A DNA stretch of 64,000 nt, from NCBI GenBank assembly GCA_004431415.1, contig QPMI01000035.1, positions 1 to 64,000 of the forward strand. Reading direction: 5' to 3'. Position 1 is the stretch's first letter. The number at the start of each line of letters is the position of its first letter. This DNA is from Cyanophora paradoxa CCMP329. Its lineage: Eukaryota; Plantae; Glaucophyta. A program made the translations under genes and the position numbers. Under the pieces are notes generated by a model. The model ran no database searches and was not told the DNA's origin. It saw only the letters and a program-made list of their open reading frames with translations. Positions 59,255 to 64,000 of the stretch are shown piece by piece.

Positions 59255-60905
59255 CTATCTGTTCAGCTTGTCGACGGAGACGCTGATGGGCCCCCCCCGG
59301 AGCCCCCGCAGGGCGTCGCGGGCGGCCTGCGGGAGGGCGAGTTCCGCCACGGGGCCCAGGCGGAGCGTGAGGGGCGCGCGGCGCCGGGGGCGCGCGGCGG
59401 CGAGGGCGGCGGGGTCCTCGAAGAGGGGGCAGGGCGAGAAGGCGGCGAGGGCGGCGAGGGAGGGCAGGGCGAGGAGGCGCCGCAGGAAGGCGGCCGGAGG
59501 GGGTTCGCCCCGGCGTCCAGGCGGGCGGCGCGGAGGGCGGGCGGCGCCGCCGCGTCGGCGAGGGCGGCGGCGGCGGCGGCGCTGCAGGTGAGGCGGAGGG
59601 CGCGGAGGCGGGCGAGGCGGGGCAGGGCGGCGGCGAGGGCGGCGGGGCCCGGGCCGGCCGGGAGGTCGGCCAGGAGGACCAGGCGTGCGAGGGTCGCCCC
59701 CGCCGAGCCCAGCGCGTCGATCTCGGCGGCGGGGGCCCCCGGGGCGAGGCGCAGGTCCAAGGCCTCCAGCGGCGGCGGGCCCGAGAGGAACGAGAGGGCG
59801 GAGAGGCGGGCGCGCAGGCGCAGGGAGCGGAGGCGGGGCAGGCGGCCCAGGGGGGCCTCCTCCCCCGGGGCGAGGGTCGGCCAGGTCTCCATCCCCGTCG
59901 CCCCCGACCGGAAGCTTCGGGGGTACGAGTCAGCTCTTTTGGGGGGTACGGGAGGGGGCCGGGGGAAGGTGGGGGATGTCCGAGCTCACCTGATTTCTAG
60001 GCACTGGAGGAGCGGGAGGGAGGCGAGGGGGGCGAGGAGGGGACCGGCGAGGCCGCCGGGGGGTACCAGGAGGGGGGCGTGGAGGGCGCGGAGGGTACCC
60101 CCGCGGGAGGAGGCGAGGGCGGCGAGCTGCTCGTGCGCGAGGGGTACGCCGCTGAGGCGGAGGGATTCGAGGCGGGGGAGGGCGGCGATGCGGAGGAGGT
60201 CGGCGGGGGCCGCCGCGAGGCACCCCTCGGAGAGCGCGAGCTCGAGGCGTCGGAGGCCCGGCATCGCCGGGAGCGCCGCGAGGACGGCCTCCAGGGCGGC
60301 GGGCGGCGGGCCCGCGCACCACTCGAGCTCCACGCGGAGCTCCTCAAGCGCCGGGCAGAGCGCCAGGGCGGCTGCGACGGCCTCCGCCGTCGCCGCCGGG
60401 CCGGGGCCGGCGGGAATTTCCCGCAGCTCCACCGCCCGGAGCGCCGCCCAGTCGGGCGCGCGGCCGGAGAAACACGCGAGCGCCGCAGGTCGGCCATCCT
60501 TGTCTTTCTTGCCGCAGTTCAAGCTGATGCGCTCGATCGTGCACGGCTCGCGGAGTGCGCGCCGGAAGCGGCGACACACGCGCTCGAGCAGGGCGGTCCG
60601 CGCCGCTGCAAACGCGTGAATCCGCGAGCGTACGCAGGGCTGTGGGCCGGCAGCGCTGGTCGGGGGTCTGGGAACGCACCTTCTTGAAAGCTACAGCGTT
60701 CTTCGTCGAAAAGGCTGGCACATGCGCATTCGTCGAAGCTCTCTTCCGCTGTCGAATCCGCGGGCCCACGGCCGCTGGGCGCTGGCTTGGCGGCGAGGCG
60801 GAGGATGAGCGCGAGGACCGCGTCGGGGAGGTCGAGCAGGCCCGTGCGCGGCCTCCCGTCGCGTTGCCCTTTGCGCGCCGCGGCACGCTGTTTTACGTAT
60901 AACAT
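59255..60905 (-). CDS. F-box/leucine-rich repeat protein (apparent 1-nt frameshift near 59510)
   Basis: F-box-like LLDLPDAVLALILR...ERVCRRFR. LRRs include CPALEELRVE, MPGLRRLELA, LPRLESLRLSG and LPRLRSLRL. The C-terminal frame ends SVSVDKLNR*. Confidence 0.75.
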
Positions 60906-61172
60906 CACGCTCGAGCCGTCACTTCGAAGTCGCGCTACCCCCCACCAGAGCAGCCAGCTGCAGCCTGCAGACTGCAGCTGCTAGCAGGAAGACCACCAGC
61001 ACATCAGGCGTTTTCGACGCAGGCAGCCAGCCCGTGGCGAACGCCAACACGAGCGCTCGGCCCGCAAGCCAGCCCACGAGCCCCCACCAGGCCAACGCGA
61101 TCGGCTTGAGCACCGGAAGCGCGTTTTCTGGCGCCGAGGGCGCGTTGATCGAGGCGGCGCTCGCTGCGTGGT

Positions 61173-64000
61173 ATGGCAGCGCCGCCATGCACCGAGCAGC
61201 AGCTCGCCGAGGACCGCGAGAAGATCCGGGCATTCCGCGCGAACCTGGACCGTTATGCAGACATCACGAGCGGCATGGTCAGCCGCGTTAAGCCACGGCG
61301 CACGGACTCGCGCGCTGAGCCGCAGTGTACGCGCAGGTCAAAGTCCTCTCATCGTTCGAGACGCGCCTGCAGGAGCTGGACGACATCATTACGCCTCTGC
61401 ATGAGATCACGCAGGGCGCCTCGCTCGCCCACCAGAGTGCGCCCGTCGAAGGAATTTGAAGTGGGCTGAGCGCGGCTCACGCACGAGCAGACATCGAGCA
61501 GACGATCTCGCAAGTGGAGTCGATTCTCTCGCGCTTTGACGCGCAGAACGAAGTCGGCCCGCGTATTGTGAAAGGGTGCGCCCGTCCCTGCGCCTCGCCG
61601 CGCCGCCGAAGCTAAAGCCGACGCCGCGCAGCATCGGGAGCGACCTGGACGGGTACCTTGCCGCGGTGGACAAGGTCCGCGAGACGCTCCTCTTCTTCAA
61701 CAAGAACGAGGACATCGGAGGGGCCGAATCGGCCGCCGCCACGCTCGTGCGCGCCCGCGCCCCCGCCCCCGCCGCCCCCGCCGCGCCCTCACGCGCGCCG
61801 CGCGCCGCGCAGCGTGAGCTGCAGAGCCGCGCCCTTCGGGAGCTGGAGGACGACTTCAAGAAGACGCTCGCAAAGGTCGGCGGTCCTTTGCACTACGTAG
61901 CCGCCGCCGCCGCCACCACCCACGCACGCCCCCCTCGCAGATCAGCAACGCGGGGGATCCCACGCGGCTCCTGGCCGGCGCCGAGGGCGAGGCGGCGGCC
62001 GCCGCCGCCGCCGCGGGTGCGCCGCGCCACGTTCCCGCCACATTTCCGCCACATTTCCGATGGCGCGGGCGCAGACGCCGTCCCGTCCGCCACTGTGGAG
62101 CGCCTCGCGAAGCTCGTCTCTCGGCTCGAGAAGTGGAAGAAGTCCCGGCACCTGGAGGCGAGCACCCCGCTCCCGCCCCGCCCCACCCCGCCCGGCCCGG
62201 CCGGACGGCCCTCACCCCGCCCTCACCCCGCCCCGCCCCGCCCCAGGCCTACGCGAAGCTGAGGGGCGACTACATCCACGACTCGCTCCTGAAGCTGAGC
62301 CCTAACAGGCGCGCTTGACCCCCCCCCTCCCCCTCCCCCCCTCCCCCTCCCCCCTCCCCTCCCCACCCCCCCGCCACACGAGCGAGCGTCACACAACATA
62401 AGCATCTAAGCATCTAATACGAACACATGAAAAAAATCCTTTAGAGCAACTCCCGCCCCGCCCCGCCCGCCCCGCCCGCCCCGCCCTGCCCGCCCGCCCT
62501 CGCTCCCTTCCGATGCCCTTGGCGCAGCATCGCGACGGGCGGCGTGGACGTCGAGTCGGCCGAGGGGGACGCGCCCTCCGCGTCGGCGTCCTTCAAGAAG
62601 GGTACCCCCCGCCCCTCGTGTAGGGAGCGTGCTTGCGCGGGCCGCTCACTTAAGCTTCGCCGCAGGGCGGCGCGGGGGCAAGGACGAGGGCGCCGCGGCG
62701 GCGGCGGCGGCGGCCGGCCCCTACCGCCGGGGCACGCACCGGGGCATCCGCCTCCTCCGCTGCTTCGCGGTCCTCCTCCAGTGCGAGGCGACCCTGGCCG
62801 AGCGGCTCCTGGGCAGGCGCGCGGCCGAGGAGGGCGGGGCCCTCGCCGCCGCCGCCGAGCCGGCCGCGGGGCTCGTGCTGGGGACGGCCCGCCGCGTGGT
62901 GCACGCGGCGGAGACGGCGGCCGGCGGGCGCGAGCACCTCTTCCCCCTCCTCGACCTCTTCGAGGCCTGCGAGCGGCTCCGGGGCGAGTGCCCCGCCCTC
63001 CAGTCCCTCCCCGACTTCGAGGAGGCGCGGGAAGCCCTCGCCCGGGCCGCCCTGACCCTCTACGGCTCCGTCGAGCAGGTCGTACCCCCCCTCCCCCCCC
63101 CCCCCCCATCCCCTGCCTGCTTCCCTTCGCTCTTTGCGATGCTTCGTTGACTCGTGAGGGGGTACGCAGGAGGTGGCGCGGCACCCCTCCTCCGTGAAGG
63201 ACGTACCCCCCGACGCCACCGTCCACGAGCTCGCGTCCACAGTACCCCCCTCCCTCCCCCCGCCCCTCCCCGCCACGCACCCCCGACCGCCCAGCAGACC
63301 CTGGCGTTTCTCCGCCGCCTCTGCGAGTTCGGCGACGCTGTACCCAGGCTGCTGGCCTCCCCGTTTGCGCGGGACGAGGCCGGGGGCTCGCGCCGGGCCG
63401 GCCGCGGCGGGAACGGCGGCGATCTGGCCTCCTACGTGGGTGAACGTTCCCCCGCCCTGCGCCCCGCGCCCCGCCGCGGGCGGCTAACAGGGGAGCGGGC
63501 GTCAGGGGGGGTACTGCGCGCCCTCGGCCGCAACATCGAGGAGAAGGCGGGGGCCTACCGCAGCGCCGCGCAGGCGAGCCTGGCCCCCTCTCCCACCCCC
63601 CCCCCCTCCGACTCTAAGATTCATGCGTACCCCCAGGGCTTCCTCTTCGCGGCGAACAACCAGAGCTACCTCGCGAAGCAGGCGGCGGCGGCCCCGCTGG
63701 CCCCCCTCCTGGGGCCCAAGACCGCCCAGTCCTTCGAGGCCGCCGCCGCCGCCTCCCTGAAACGCTACTACGAGGCCACGTGCGGGGCTCCCCCTACCCC
63801 CCTCCTCCTTCCTCCCCCCCCCCCCCCCCCCCCCCCCGATCGTCCTCGCCAGGTGCGGGGCGGCGCTGGCGTACGTGCGGGGCGACGTGGTGGGCAAGGA
63901 GGAGATCAAGGCGGCCTTCAAGGCGCGCTCGCTCACCTGAGCCCCGCCTGAGCCCCGCCTGAGCCCCGCCTGAGGCTCATCTGAGCAGGGCTTCAACGAG
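61173..64000 (+). CDS. EXO70: Exocyst subunit Exo70 (3' end outside window)
   Basis: N-terminal MVKVLSSFETRLQELDDIITPLHEITQ...HQNIEQTI and DLDGYLAAVDKV. C-terminal VPPDATVHELAS, LRRLCEF, NIEEKAGAY, LFAANNQSY and EIKAAFK/GFNE. Confidence 0.88.

Noticed and set aside
1-64000. rRNA, tRNA, or prokaryotic/viral operon-like systems
   Set aside because: None recognised by eye; all identifiable genes are intron-containing eukaryotic genes.

Overview
This window is very GC-rich, gene-dense eukaryotic nuclear DNA, not prokaryotic. Genes are split by many short (~50-100 nt) spliceosomal introns with G(T/C)NCGC-type donors, a CTGAC/CTGAG/CTCAC branch motif and (C/T)AG acceptors, so most long ORFs in the supplied track are spurious GC-rich read-throughs. 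The intron style, cytosolic-type DPE2 and a cilium-associated kinesin suggest a flagellated alga or protist, possibly a glaucophyte such as Cyanophora (inference only). I spliced these models by hand, in order: a membrane TmcB-like/PAS/adenylyl cyclase (5' end outside the window), a 505-bp hAT-type MITE, a three-thioredoxin-domain protein, a small single-pass membrane protein, a KIF12-like kinesin, an unknown coiled-coil protein, a tandem-doublecortin protein, an ABHD17-like hydrolase, DPE2, a SAP-SWIM-RING protein, a RING protein, a secreted propeller-like protein, a ~12-kb receptor-like kinase with nine one-exon FN3-like repeats, orphan ABC-transporter and RING gene fragments, an F-box/LRR protein and Exo70 (3' end outside the window). 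The most notable observations are the giant receptor kinase, frequent GC-AG introns and micro-exons, captured gene fragments in palindrome-rich intergenic DNA, and a tandem array of perfect palindromes. Exon boundaries are manual predictions that need RNA-seq confirmation.
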